From: the human T2T-CHM13v2.0 reference genome, Homo sapiens
Strand: one strand, 5' to 3'
Length of the DNA stretch: 64,000 nucleotides
Assembly (NCBI RefSeq): GCF_009914755.1
Contig: NC_060945.1
Part shown: positions 16,680 through 30,808 of the stretch, piece by piece
Layout of the letters: each line of letters starts with the position of its first letter
Numbering within the stretch: position 1 is the stretch's first letter
Position numbers and translations under genes: made by a program
Notes under the pieces: generated by a model
Seen by the model: only the letters and a program-made list of their open reading frames with translations
Told to the model about the DNA's origin: nothing
Database searches by the model: none

Positions 16680-17330
16680 CAGAGATAGAATAACATCAGA
16701 GAGGGGGCACCACCACTTTAGGAAGTCAGGGAAGGGCTGGAGGAGGTGAAATTTAGGCAAAGATTGAAGGACATTAGGAGTCAGACCTGCCATAGCAGGA
16801 GGGAATAGCATCCCTGGCAGAGAGGAAAGCTTGTTCAGAGCCACAGTCCTGAAAGAAGCTTGTTTGAGGGACTACAAGAAGACCAATTTGCTTGAAGCAT
16901 AATACGTCTAAGATCAGATGTGTGATGAGTTTGAAGAGGCAGCTAGATCACCATAAGAACTTTGGAGGGCTTTTGGCAGGAGAGTGACATGATCTGATCT
17001 GATGTATATTTTGAAAGGTCACTCCAGCTTCCAGGTAGCAGTGGAAGAAGACATGCAAAAATCACAATCATAACTTACAGGGCAGCAGTGGAAGAAGACA
17101 TGCAAAAATCACAATCATAACTTACACGGCATGGTAGCTTGGAGTACGGAGGAAGAGGAAGCACATTTGGGGTATATTTTGGAAGTGGAATAAACAGATC
17201 TGCTGATGGATGGAGAAGGGTGGGGTGAGGGTTGGTAATGAGGAGCCAAGGATGACTCATTTTCACGTTGGAGTAACTGGGAAGGCTTGGAAGACTAGTG
17301 GAGAAACAGGTTTGGAGAGAGAAGTCTCAG
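16680..17330 (-). mobile_element. L2 LINE remnant
   Basis: ggaagtcagggaagg..ggaggaggtga; ggagagtgacatgatctgat; atattttggaagtggaataaacag (typical L2 reverse-strand text). Confidence 0.6.
17037..17126 (+). repeat. Tandem duplication, period 47 bp, 43 bp identical
   Basis: agcagtggaagaagacatgcaaaaatcacaatcataacttaca at 17037 and 17084. Confidence 0.95.
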
Positions 17331-17407
17331 TCCCTTAGTCATTCACCTCAGTTTCTTAGTCACTGGAATACCTTAGATCTCTTATCTACCATGTCTTTAA
17401 AAACATG

Positions 17408-17520
17408 CGTGAGCCCAGGGAGGCTGATGTGGAAGGATCCCTTGAACCCAGGAGTTTGAGGCATACCTGGGCAACACAGCAAGACCCTGTCTCTCTAAAA
17501 ACAACAACTACAAAAAAAAG
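17408..17520 (+). mobile_element. FLAM/Alu monomer fragment
   Basis: gggaggctga..ggatcccttgaacccaggagtttgag..gcaagaccctgtctct. Confidence 0.7.
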
Positions 17521-17535
17521 GGGGGGGCAGAAAAA

Positions 17536-17907
<372 letters not shown>

Positions 17908-18988
17908 TTAAAAAAATATATATATATATATAGCAAGAGCTTACAGAACAGGCAGCACCAAGTGGGAGCTGGGGGGCTTGTCTTGATGCTGCATTTGATA
18001 AATATACACAGTTTTTACTCAGATTATATGTTTGCTTAGATTTGGGCTAAAGATCCCCAAAGCCACCCCTTGGTATTGACACTCATTAAGAAATTAAGGA
18101 AGAGATAGTACTATTGAACTATTTTCCAAAAAAAGAAAAAAAAAGGACAAAAACCCAAAACAAATGGGATGTGATGTACATTTTCCATGTTATTTTATAC
18201 ATGAGCTATCTTTCCAATACTGAAGTTGGTTTAGCAAGAAAAGAATTAAAGACGTCAATGTGCAAGCCAAGAGCCAAAACCACTCTCAACAGCCCAAGGT
18301 TGTGAACGTATTTAATTTGCCATTTCTCTGGGAAGTCATTTCTTGGATCATTGACTTACTATTATTCTGTAAAACAGTGGTAGCCCCTGCCTTCCTCTGC
18401 TTGCTGCGAAGAGTATGATCCAGCTGTGGGGTCTGAAGAGTCTATGTTTATTGGATTTTAATGACTTAGTTAACAAAGGTCATTCCTAAAAGTAATAGAA
18501 AACTAAGGTTGTGGAAACAGAACGGAAAAGACTGACTCGAGGGTTATTTCTAGTAGTTCCTTGGTGTTGTCCTTAGATACATGTTTAATCCTTAAAAGCA
18601 ATTATGAAGGAGTCTTCCTCATAACCAATTTACTGATGCTGTATTCAACTATACTTGTAAAATGTTATTTTAGACCTCTCAGTAACAAAAGGAACAGGGC
18701 TTAAAATATGTTAGATAATATTGCCATAAACAATGTACTGTTAACATAATATTGCTGACAGTATAATTGTAATTCACTGTAATACTTGAATGCCACAACT
18801 GTAGTGCTTCCGTTATCACTGACGGTAGGAAATAACTTCAGTCTCAGGTGAAATCTGGTTGGATACAAATCTCCAAGTTAAAAGAAACCTCAAGGATCAT
18901 TTAATCTTGTCCTTTTAAATATTTAGTAACTCATTTGGTAGTAAATATTTATCCAAATTATGTTTCTTGGACTGTAAAAGAATTTCCA

Positions 18989-19601
<613 letters not shown>

Positions 19602-19784
19602 CGAGCTAAATGGTGATCGAATTATTTAAAATTAAATTGATGGAATCATTTAAGAATAAGTGGAAAGAAAGAAATTTACAGTCATTCCTCAGGTATAAAT
19701 TAAATATTTTCTACCTCAAAAATCCAATGACATGAGATATAAATGTATAGTTCACATATGTAATACATTTCTCACATGGTTACA

Positions 19785-20222
19785 GAACCTTTCTGATCTG
19801 GCTCCGTTTGACTTTTCCAGCCTTATCTCATTTCTCCTCCCTCCTTCCAACCGTTTTTTCCTCCTCATCTCCTTAGCTACAGCTTTACTAATCTTCCTAC
19901 TGTGAGCCTCAAACCCACGCTGCTCTCAGGTCTCAGGGCCTATGTACAAGTAATTCCCACTGCCTGGAATCCCTTGCCCTCATTCTTTGTTGGGTCATTC
20001 TGCAGACCCAGTACTACTTCCTCTTGGGAGCCTTTGTCCATCTCCTCTTCCCCCAATCTCCGAACCCCACCAAGACCTCAGTAGTTCTTGAGCAAGCCTC
20101 TGCTTAGTTTTCCTGGGATGACCAAAACTAACACTGTCTGATCCGTTGTTCAATCCCCAATCCCTAGAACAGAGCTGCAACATAACAGGCACTCTAAATG
20201 AATGAAGGGATAAAGACAGCAC
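19785..20222 (+). mobile_element. L2 LINE 3' remnant
   Basis: tgatctggctcc, ctcagggcct, ctgcctggaat, 3' end ggcactctaaatgaatgaa. Confidence 0.6.
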
Positions 20223-20262
20223 TGAAGAACTTGAAATTATAGTTTACACATGTAAACAGTAA

Positions 20263-20605
<343 letters not shown>

Positions 20606-21900
20606 AAGTTGTTTTTTTTAAAAGATACATTTCAACTCACTTCTCTAAGTTGGGAATACACACAGCCTGCCATCAGTTTGACATAAAACAAAAATTTTAG
20701 CGTTATCATATGCTAAATTTCTTTTACTAGGTTAAAAAAAATGTAGAATCCAAAGAGCTGTAAATGCAAATGACAAATACTGTACAAAATCTATCAAGCA
20801 ACTATAAGTCACAACTTGCAAGCTTTCTCCTCAGCAAATGAGTTAAAAAGAAAAGTATTTGAAACTTTCTTGGTGGAAAACGAATGACCTTTAGAAATGC
20901 CAACATTTTCCCCAGAGAATAGATTTGGTCTGAGTTCTTCATTTCTGAAATTGTAGAAGATAGGACCGCTTGGTTTGAAAGTCAAACTGCATCCTTCTAT
21001 AAAGGTTTTAGGTATTTTAAGTCTCCATACAAAACATTCCCCTTATTTTCATAACAAAAGGAACAATAAGACAGCTTAGACGGGGCAGAGAAAGAAAGGC
21101 CTTGAAACAAAGTCCCTGGAAAGGTAAAAACAACAACAAAAATAGTAAGTTAGAGCTCGTGTTAGATCTGATAACTCAAAACTGCACAACTTTTGCCATA
21201 CATCGAAAGCAACATGGGAAAACAGAAAAAGAGATCACAAACACTTTTTGAGTGTCCTAACTTGTAGAACCCCTAAGAATGAATCAAATACACTTGGACA
21301 AAGCTCTTTTTTTCTCTCTCTCCTTCAAGTCGCAGACTAGGGTTGTGGGGCGGGGGACAGGGAGTAAGACGGGGTCTCTAATAAATACAAAACCCAGCCT
21401 CTGACGTGTTTAATTGCTGACATTTTAGAAGAAAAATGGGCTACTTACAATTAATGAACCAAACTACCAAACTAAAATCATGAGTAGGAGGAGGAGTAAA
21501 TGGAACTGTCTGGGCGAAGTTTCAGGAAGGCGCAAGCTGGGGTCGCTGCGCCCTCCCCCACCCATAGCTCGGGGCTCTCCAGTCGCTCCCGGCCCCCAGC
21601 GCGGACTTTCGGGCGCCGGCGGCCCAACCACACAGAGTTGGCAGGATGTAGCCCCCTTCTCCCCTCTCCAAGAGAGAAAAGCGCGAGGAGACGCAAACCG
21701 TATTTCCGTGTCCGAGCGTTGAAACCTGCGGAGTCGCGCGCGGGGCGCCCACACTCTTTCCCGGGGAGCCCCAGCCCGGTCGCCAGCCCCGGTCCCAGCT
21801 CCAGCCCAGGCCTCCCTTACTCTGGGGCTCCAAGGTCGGCTGCTCCCCGGCCTCCGCGGGCGAACGCCCGGGCTGGTAATGCCTCTCAGCCAAGGCCGGC

Positions 21901-21923
21901 GTCGCTACGGTTACCCTGACAAC
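21901..21923. promoter_or_regulatory. RFX X-box (two overlapping matches)
   Basis: GTTACCCTGACAAC (21910-21923) and GTCGCTACGGTTAC (21901-21914) versus consensus GTTNCCATGGNAAC. Confidence 0.6.
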
Positions 21924-21979
21924 CCGGAGGCGGAGTGGGCTGAACCAGAGGGACAGCGAGCGGGAGGGACCAAAAGCCG

Positions 21980-21988
21980 CAGGAAGTG
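21980..21988 (+). promoter_or_regulatory. ETS-family motif near the probable TSS
   Basis: CAGGAAGTG inside the CpG island. Confidence 0.5.
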
Positions 21989-22235
21989 AGGGAGCGCGTG
22001 AGGATCCGCGCATCGCCGGGGACACTGAGCGACCGTAGAGGCCAGGTCACCGGCTGAGGACACTGCCCGTGAAGCCCGGTCAGGCGGTCGCGCCCTCCCT
22101 GGCGGCCCCCGCGGCCCCGCAGGACCTGTGCCCCGACGTCGCCGACCCGCGGCGTCCGTTGGGCGAGTGGGCCTGCCTGCGGGTAAGGCGCCGGCCCTGG
22201 ACCGCCCTCCCGGGACTGGAGAGGCGCCGCTGCAG
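21985..22235 (+). other. Probable non-coding first exon with alternative 5' splice sites after 22182 and 22235; start approximate
   Basis: CGG|GTAAGG at 22183 and CAG|GTAACA at 22236; no ATG between the motifs and the donors. Confidence 0.5.
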
Positions 22236-24931
22236 GTAACAGCTGGGCCCCGGCTGCGGAAGGGGTCGGGGGTCGGCGCAGGGGCGGGCGCGCCCCGAGT
22301 CGTGTGGGCGGCACCGGCGCACCTGTTGTAGCCGCCTGGGGGTCCCCTGCCCACAGTTGGCCATGGACATTCCCCGCCCCGACTCTGAAACGCCGAGGGC
22401 GGCCTCCACGCCTCCTGCTCCGGGAGCCACGCCTCAGCGGGAGGACGGAGCCCTGCTGGCAGCCCTCGCACCAGGGTCTCCCTCTGAGCCCGGGCATGGG
22501 CCGGGCCTGGGGCGGTCCCTGGTGCCCCCCTGATGGGAAGCGTGGAGCAATGCGAGCCGCCGCCGTCGTCGCTGTCATCCCCAGTGAGCTGGGAGCGCCT
22601 CCTGAATCGCGAGAGCCAGGAGCACGGCTTTGACCGGCTTTGCCCGGCTTTGCCCCGTCATCCCCGTGTCCCATTTCAGGCAGGGGGCCCGGGTTGGATC
22701 TTTCTCACTGGCTTCGTTTTGTGTGTGTTGATTTGTTTCAGTCCTTCGCGTTTCCAGTTGAGTTACGGAATCTGCCCACACGTTTCATGGCCAAACTTTG
22801 TAGGGCTGTGAAACAATGTAACATTATCCCACACAATAGTCTTTAATACTGGTTTTAAAACACAGTGATGCAGGGTTTGCTTTAAGGAAGCTTTGAGGAT
22901 CACAAGGGATTATTATCTGGTAGGTTGTAAAAATTCAAACAACCGGGAGAGTATCATAGGTTCCGGAACACCGGAAGGAGGAAAGAAAAATGGAGAGGAC
23001 AGAAAAAGGATAAGCAAGAAAGTGCAGGGGCATTAAGGGTGTGGGGGGCTGCAGGATTGATTTGGTACTCAGGTCTGGAGATTATGGCCCCTCTATTAAT
23101 TCCAACCGCTGCTCCAGACAGTACTTGAGGGAAATGGAAGGAAGAGCCGTTTTGGGGGCCCTGCAAGTGATTAATAATCTTGCCAGTATAAAGATTTCCA
23201 CTCCATGGATGGCAAGGACACTAAGGAGAATTACTTTCCTCTTAGAAAGGGAATCATTGAGAGGTTAATTGAACTTGAGAAGCATATATTCTGTGATGGA
23301 AACTGACATTTATTATATTCTTCCAAATTAGGTTTTCCTCCTCTTAGACTATATGGGGACTTTTTCAGATTAATTGTCAAAACAAGAAGGTTTACGTGTG
23401 GATATTGACAAGCAGCGTGATATATACAGAACACATAATTCTTAACCTCAAGTATTAAGGTAATAAATTAAGGGTGGAAAGTAAACACTTCATGGAACCT
23501 TAACTCCCTGTTCCTGAAATTTGAAGACAGGGGCTTCATTTTTAGACAGAAAGTATCTAAAGATCAGCAGTACTCCTGTATCCAGTGGTTCTCAAGTTCT
23601 AGTTTACATATCATTAGCAAAATCACAAAGCGGTCTTTTCATTCAAGATGCAAATAGAGTGATCAGTATATCATAATCAAAAGTGACAAGATAGTGATTT
23701 AAAAAACACCTGGCATTTATTGACAAAAGAAAAGGTAGGATTAAGTCTGCTCAAACAGTAAAGGATTAGCATTAGTATTTTTTTAAAAAGAAGAAAAAAA
23801 CAGTGCAGGTTTCTATGCTAAAGTAGTAAGGACTGAAGAAGTTTTAAGTTTGGAAAAAATGGGGATATGTATTGGTGAAACACTTTGTAATCATATAGAA
23901 TGATTATTTTATCAGCAGCTGTGAAGTTGACTTTGAGGAAATTTTGAATTGAAATACTTTAGGTGACAAGTAAAGGCAACTGTGAAAAGCAACATTTGAT
24001 TTTAGGGGACAGGGTACCTGTGGAAGAAGACTGGTTAGGAGTGGAAGTGAGGCGTAAAAGCACTGAAATGTCTGAGGCAGGGACAATATTCAGTTTCTCT
24101 TCCTCTATCACCTAGTGCAATGTACTTGTTAAACGTTTTTGAATGAGTGAGAAGGGCTTTAGAGAAATTGCTTTGGATATAGGGATACACTTTACTATTG
24201 GAGAAAACACCCGAGATCAGAAAGTTGCTAATGAGATAGGGGTGGGGGATGAATGGTAAAGACACTGATTGTACCTTTTTGGAGTTTTCTACCATTGTGT
24301 TTTATTTCTTTTCACCGGCATGTTCAGTATGTTATTAGTGGTCAAATGAAAAGGAATTAAGTTCTATGTATATTTTTTTAAGTCTCCAAGCTCATTACTA
24401 GATAAAATAGTTACATTATTCTTTACTTTGCTGATGTTAAGCTAAATGTAGCAAACTGAAGCATTATGGATCGGGAATAACAAAGTAACAATGAAGAAAC
24501 AGATGTTGTCTTTTTCTTATTTAAATCTCTTGACTACTTCAGAATTCAAAGTAGAAATAACTTTAGTGGGAGGTTAACATTATTTAATGCAAATAGGTTG
24601 ATAAAAAATATAGCAAATGAGCATGCTATTAATAGTTCTGTCTTCTAGCCTTACTGTGGTAAGTTGAAGGAAGTTTTCATTTTTGTTTTTGTTAGTTTTA
24701 GGGTTTTTGTTTGTTTTTGTTTTCTTTACCAGAGTCAGGGTACTTTTTTCTCTATCTGATACTTTCTGAAATTCTTAAGGAGTTCGGTCAAAGGTGGAAA
24801 ACAATCAAATTTCTATTTTTGGTGTTTTCCTCTTTATTCTCCAAACTTGTCATGGTCTACATTCAATTTGTTGCACTCACATGGAATATCTATCTCTCAG
24901 CCGTTTACTCGTCCACAGTCTAAAGGAGACT

Positions 24932-25313
<382 letters not shown>

Positions 25314-25799
25314 TCAGGATTAGGCTAATGCCCACTAAATGCACTTCTCTCTCCTACTGGGGGTGCTACACGGTTTAGCATTTAGCTCTGTAGGATGCCT
25401 TCCTATAGAATTTTATCTCATATGGATGGATCTTGTACCTCTGAATAGAATAAATATGTTTGGAGCTAAGTGCATGACTTACGCTTCTTCTGTGTTGCTT
25501 TTAGCACACGGTGGGCTTCATTGTGTACCTGATAATTTAAGTAGGGTAATAATAGAGAGGTCAAACCTTTAGTTTGGGGTCATTGCATTAATTTCTACCT
25601 TTGCCCCTTTGGAAAAACAGAAGCTATTATTTTGTCATTGATAACTTGGGATAATAAAACCTGCAATGGTTGTCTGATAGTCTAGTTGTGAGAAGCAAGA
25701 TAAATGTTATTATAGATTATGAATGAAAATATCTTGTATGTTGTAATGAACTTTTTTAATATAAACGGCTGTTATTGACTTAGGCATAGAGCAGACATT

Positions 25800-26750
25800 G
25801 ATACCACATTCACAGTGTGTTAGGTACTTCCTGGGCTCTGGAATTGCATGTCATAAAGGGTGAACAGGAAATGACCAGGTGCTTCTGAAGCAGAACAGCC
25901 TGGGCTGAGGCACAAATGCCGGGAGAACAAGTAAGCCTTGGTTTATTGTGGCTGAACTGGAGAATACTTCTTCATGTGTATTAGCAGAAAATGGGAGGAA
26001 GTAAGGCCAGAAAGGCAAATGTGGGCCAAATCAGAAGGAACCTAAGGACCATGAGTTTATTTTCCTTAAAGGTAATAAGGAGGATTTGGGTCAGTGACTG
26101 GATCAGTTTTGCATTTGGAAAGTAACACTGGCAACACTCAAATGACAGATTGGTAGAGAGCCTAAATGAGAGACCAAAAAATTGGAGAAGTTGCTGAAGC
26201 TCAGTGAAGAAATGAAGACAACTAGGAGAGCGATGGTGGGAATAAGAAGGAGGGGGCACTAAAAAAGGTAGAATTGGCAAAACTTGGTGATACAGGAGAT
26301 GAGGAAGGAGAAGCCAGGGATGACAGTGGGGTGATAGAGTGGATTGTTCTGTTATTCATTGAACTCTAAAGAAGAAAAAAAAATTTTTGAGGACTTTAAG
26401 AAGTGGGGTAGATGTGTTCAGTTTGAGAAGCCTGTCATATATGTTGGGAGGTCCCATAAGTAGTAGTAGTTGGACATGTGGGTCTGGAACTAAAGGGAAA
26501 AAGTCTGAGATGAAGATAGAAATTTGGATTAAGCATTTAGTGCTTGAAGTTAAAATGTGATGATTTTCTCCAGGGATATTATGTGGAATAAGAGGGTAAA
26601 GGATAGAGCCCTGAAGTATGCACATTTTACGTTGTGGGGAGGGGCTGATGGTGGAAGAACCCGCGGAGATTAAAGACCAGTGGTCAGAAAAGGGAACTGA
26701 AAATCTGGGAGGATTAATGGAAGAGTGCCTACTGCTGAGTTGTTCATGCA
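25800..26750 (-). mobile_element. L2 LINE remnant
   Basis: Purine-rich L2 reverse-strand text (gtgactggatcagttttgcattt, ggatagagccctg, gagattaaagaccagtggtcag). Confidence 0.55.
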
Positions 26751-26922
26751 TTGACATTCCCCAAAATGATTATATTTTCCTCTAGCCACCGTAGAACGCA
26801 CAACACAGTTCACCTATGATTGTTTTATTAAAGTTCATGTAAAATGACTACCCATTACTTTGTTAACAACAGAAGTCTTGATATTTATGTTTAAAAATAT
26901 TTTTAAAACATTTTTAAACAGA

Positions 26923-27034
26923 TTTTTTAGATACAGAGTCTTGCTATGTTGCCTAGGCTGGTCTGGAACTCCTGGGCTCCTCCAGCCTCAGCCTTCCAAA
27001 GTGCTGGGATTCCAGGCATGAGCCACTGTGCCTG
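26923..27034 (-). mobile_element. FLAM-C/Alu left monomer
   Basis: gagtcttgctatgttgcctaggctggtc...ccaaagtgctggg. Confidence 0.8.
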
Positions 27035-27538
27035 TGGCTATTTATGGGTTTTTTTGTCTACATTTGGGACAACAAATCAAGTAAAATGTAACTTTAGAAG
27101 TTGATTATGATTATGCCTCAAACAAATACTTAAAAAAAAGAGAGAGCGAGAGATGGATAAAAGTTAATTTTGTGTATGTCTCAGGTAAAGTATGTTAACT
27201 TGGGGAGACCAGCAGTAACCTGTTCTTTAAATCTCAGCTTTTATTGAATCTCACACAAAATTTTTCTCAGATATGTCACTAGACTACTTAAATAAGCCAG
27301 ATTAGTATTTTTGCATACTTTATTAACTCAGCTTCTACTCAGAGTAAATTAGTTTTTGGAATGGAATGCAGTCAAAAAATCATCAAAATAATATCACATA
27401 GCACTGAGTGGTCCAGTCTTTTGAACTTCTGACAATACCTTTGACTTAGAAACTTATTTGTGGGGAGTGGTATATTAATACTATACATAAACATTGATTG
27501 AGCTCGGGGGGACTTTCTGTAGATACATTTAAAAATAT

Positions 27539-27665
27539 GTTTTTTAGTAGAGACAGGGTCTCACTGTGTTGCCCAGGCTAGGCTCAAACTCCTGGGCTCA
27601 AATTATCCTCCCCACTTGGCCTCCCAAAAGGATGAGATTACAGGGCGTGAGCCATTGCCCCAAGC
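27539..27665 (-). mobile_element. FLAM/AluJ left monomer
   Basis: tagtagagacagggtctcactgtgttgcccaggc...ctcctgggctcaa. Confidence 0.8.
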
Positions 27666-27775
27666 TAAAATTTTTTTAACTACCATTAGAATGTAAGGAT
27701 TCTTTTTAAAAAATTTGATTGTGCAGGGTTGGTTATTCAACCAATATGCAATACAATATTCAATACTGTATATTC

Positions 27776-27835
27776 ATCACTTCTCGGCCTTTTGGCTAAG
27801 ATCAACTGTAGTGTCTGTTGTTATTAATATAATAT
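27776..27835 (+). pseudogene. 3'-truncated U2 snRNA retro-pseudogene (U2 nt ~1-60) with TSD
   Basis: atcacttctcggccttttggctaagatcaactgtagtgtctgttgttatt matches the U2 5' end ATCGCTTCTCGGCCTTTTGGCTAAGATCAAGTGTAGTATCTGTTCTTATC; TSD aatactgtatattc (27762-27775) / aatattgtatattc (27831-27844). Confidence 0.93.
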
Positions 27836-28409
27836 TGTATATTCAACCAATTGTCAATACAAGGCTGGTTGTATCTGATATGAACCAACATTGAGATAAA
27901 AATGGACTTTTTTTTAAAAAAAAAGCTAATTAACTAGATTTGCTTACTTAAAATCAAAGCAATCAACTCGTTACAAGTCTAGAAATAAGAATTTTAAAAT
28001 AAATTTTGAATTTTGACCTTATCTTTTCCCAGAAAGACTTTAAATTGATACTGGAAACCAAATAGGATATATTTTTGGGAGATTTGAGGCTATTAAAACA
28101 AAGGCAAACAAAGAAGTGACCTTCTAAAAGTCCTAGTAATGATTAGGTCCATTGTTTCAATTAAAGCATACCGTGCTTGAGAGATAAAGTGTATTAAATA
28201 TTTGACTGTAACTTTGTATTAGAAATATGTTTTTCAAATCTATAAAAAAGATTTACAAATCTATCTATACCATGTTTTTCAGTTTTATGATATTTCTTCC
28301 AGACCTCTCTTCCTGACATCTCCATTAGTGTCAAGTATTTCTTCAACCCCCAGTGATGCAACGTGAGCCTATTTTTAAAAATGTAGTCTGGAAGCAATAT
28401 ATAACATAG

Positions 28410-28720
28410 TCAGGAAGCAGTATGGATATATGGTTAAGCATATACACTATACACTTAACTGGGGTTAAGCAGAGATCATACTCCCTGACTTTAAGCACCT
28501 GCTCTACCACAGATGATCTTCTAGAAGCTGTATAAATTAAACCTCTGAAGGTTTACATTTCCTCATTTGAAAAATGGAAATAATAAAGTAAACCCTCATG
28601 AAGTCCTTAAGAGTTTAAATGAAATAATCCATATAAAGTGCTTAAGTGCTGAACATAGCATCTGGTGTGCAATAATCACTCTATAAATGCTAATTGGTAA
28701 AATTATCATCATTGTTGTTG
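28410..28720 (+). mobile_element. MIR SINE
   Basis: aacctctgaa..tttcctcatttgaaaaatggaaataataa..ttaaatgaaataatccatataaagtgctt. Confidence 0.75.
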
Positions 28721-29389
28721 TTAGTCCAACTATAGTAGTAGCATGGAACCAGGATTCTGAAAAGTGTGGCCTGCAGATCAGGGCCAGTGCAGACTTACTG
28801 GTTTGCAGTGAGATCCGGAGCTTGTGCCAGAATGTAAATAGGCGATGTCACTAAACATACTGATTACTGTTCAGCTGACTTTTTAAAAATAGCAAGACCT
28901 CTTCAGTGTAGGAAGCAGTTAGTTGATTTACATTCTGGTGCAAGCTCTTTACCTTGCCACAAACCAGCAGTAGAGTTGACGTGGAGTATTGGACCAATGA
29001 TCCCACTCTCCAAAAAATAATAGTCCTTTATTCTGAAGACGTTATTATTCACTCATAATACCTCATTAACTTTCTTTTTTTCTAAACATTGTAATAATAG
29101 ATTATAAGTATATTGTTTATGAGTTCAGCAGATATTTATTGATCACATAGTTTGTGCACAGCCCTGTATCTTATTTTGCAGGAGTTGCAAAGCTGGCTCA
29201 GAAATTAATCTTGCCTTTAGGAAGTCTACCATAAACCCGCAAGAGGAAATAAGTGAAAATCTAAATAAATGTGTTGAATATATGCAGTGAGTGTTTGCAA
29301 TAGTGTTATAGCTTGGTTCCAAAGATTTCAATATAGACGGAAGTTTCCTTTTGCTGAGCTGCTACCACAATAGGACAGAATTAATTATC

Positions 29390-29676
29390 TTTTTGGAAAT
29401 GGAGTCTTACTCTGATGCCCAGGTTGGAGTACAGTGGCGCACTTCAGCTCACTGCAACCTCCACCTCCCAGATTCAAGCGATTCTCCCACCTCAACCTCC
29501 TGAGTAGCTGAGATTACAGGCATCCGCCACCATGCCCAGCTAATTTTTGTATTTTTAGTAGAGACGGGGTTTCACTATGTTGGCCAGGCAGATCTTGAAC
29601 TCCTGACCTCAAGTGATCCACCAACCTTGGCCTCCCAAAGTTCTGGGGTTACAGGCATGAATCACCACGCCCGGCC
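29390..29676 (-). mobile_element. Alu SINE (AluSx/Sz-like)
   Basis: Full reverse dimer. Confidence 0.92.
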
Positions 29677-30030
29677 AGAACAGAATTTATACCTTTTACT
29701 TTTTCAGCATTATGCTATCACAATAAAGTTCAGCATTTGCTTTATTAAGATAGTGTTTGAATCTTCTAGGAGATTCAGAAACCTGCAGTACAAGGGAAAT
29801 CTGAGTTTTAGATATAATAACAAAATTATAACTTTTAAAGATTTGTATTGTAGAAGATTATCCTTAAGTGTTTTTTAAACTACTAATTTACTATTTCACC
29901 CTTCATGCAAATATATGAATTATAAATGATTGATTGTTCCATAGAACATGAAGAGACATTAAATAAATATTAAAATATTTATAAAGTTTTGGTTAAAATG
30001 AGCACAATTTCTTCTCGAAAAAATTCACTG

Positions 30031-30244
30031 CCAGCCTGGGCAACATAGGGAGACACTGTCTCTACAAAAATAAAAAAATAAAAATTAGCCAGACATGGTA
30101 GTATGTTCCTATAGTCCCACTACTGGAGAGACTGAGTCAGGATGATCAATTGAGCCCAGAAGTTGGAGGCTGCAGTGAGCTATGATCATGCCACTGCACT
30201 CCAGCCTCAGTGATGGAGTAAGACCTTGTCTTTAAAAAAAAAAA
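30031..30244 (+). mobile_element. 5'-truncated AluJ with TSD
   Basis: Begins ccagcctgggcaacatagg; TSD aaaattcactgc / aaaattcattgc. Confidence 0.88.
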
Positions 30245-30674
30245 TTCATTGCTCAAACAGATAATGTTGAAACAAATTCTGGAGTAATATAAACATAATA
30301 ATTTTTAAAAGGCAAGGCGTGTATATTATACATATAAATATATATATTATATAGTATAGGGTTTACAAACTATGAGTCAGATCATGAGACAGATTTATTT
30401 TTGCAGACTAATTTACTGTTGAGAGGGCTTAGGGAAAAAAGGAAAATAATGCAAAATGTTCAAGTCCAGAAATGTTATTTCATTTTTAATATTTCTTAGA
30501 ATGTTTTGCGTGGAAGTGGATGTATTGGTTTCTCTTATTGCCATGCTTGGTGCACCTGCTCGTAATCACTTTTGTTGTGCCTTTTGCCATAAATTGTTAC
30601 CTAATCTCACTAATGACTTTAAGAAAATTGAAGGTGGGTGTTAGAAAGATTATAGGTAATATTAAAGAATATAA

Positions 30675-30808
30675 GGCAGGCATGGTGGTGTGTACCTGTA
30701 GTCCCAGCTACTCGGAAAGCTAAAGCAGCAGGATCACTTGAGCCCAGGAGTTGAATACAGCCTGGGCAACATAGACTCTGTCCCTATTTCTAAAATTAAA
30801 AAAAAATA
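30675..30808 (+). mobile_element. FLAM monomer
   Basis: ggcaggcatggtggtgtgtacctgtagtcccagctactcgg..ggatcacttgagcccaggagtt..cctgggcaacatag. Confidence 0.8.

Larger units (their letters stand above)
21500..22700. promoter_or_regulatory. CpG island / promoter
   Basis: ~1.2 kb of very GC-rich, CpG-dense non-repeat sequence between AT-rich flanks; GC boxes, ETS and RFX motifs; GT donors downstream on +. Confidence 0.9.

Noticed and set aside
21464-22846. Overlapping 100-262 aa Pro/Gly/Arg/Ala-rich ORFs on both strands
   Set aside because: Expected from stop-codon scarcity in a CpG island; no recognisable domain
27776-27835. Functional U2 snRNA gene
   Set aside because: Only ~60 nt of the U2 5' end, no Sm site, several substitutions, flanked by a TSD
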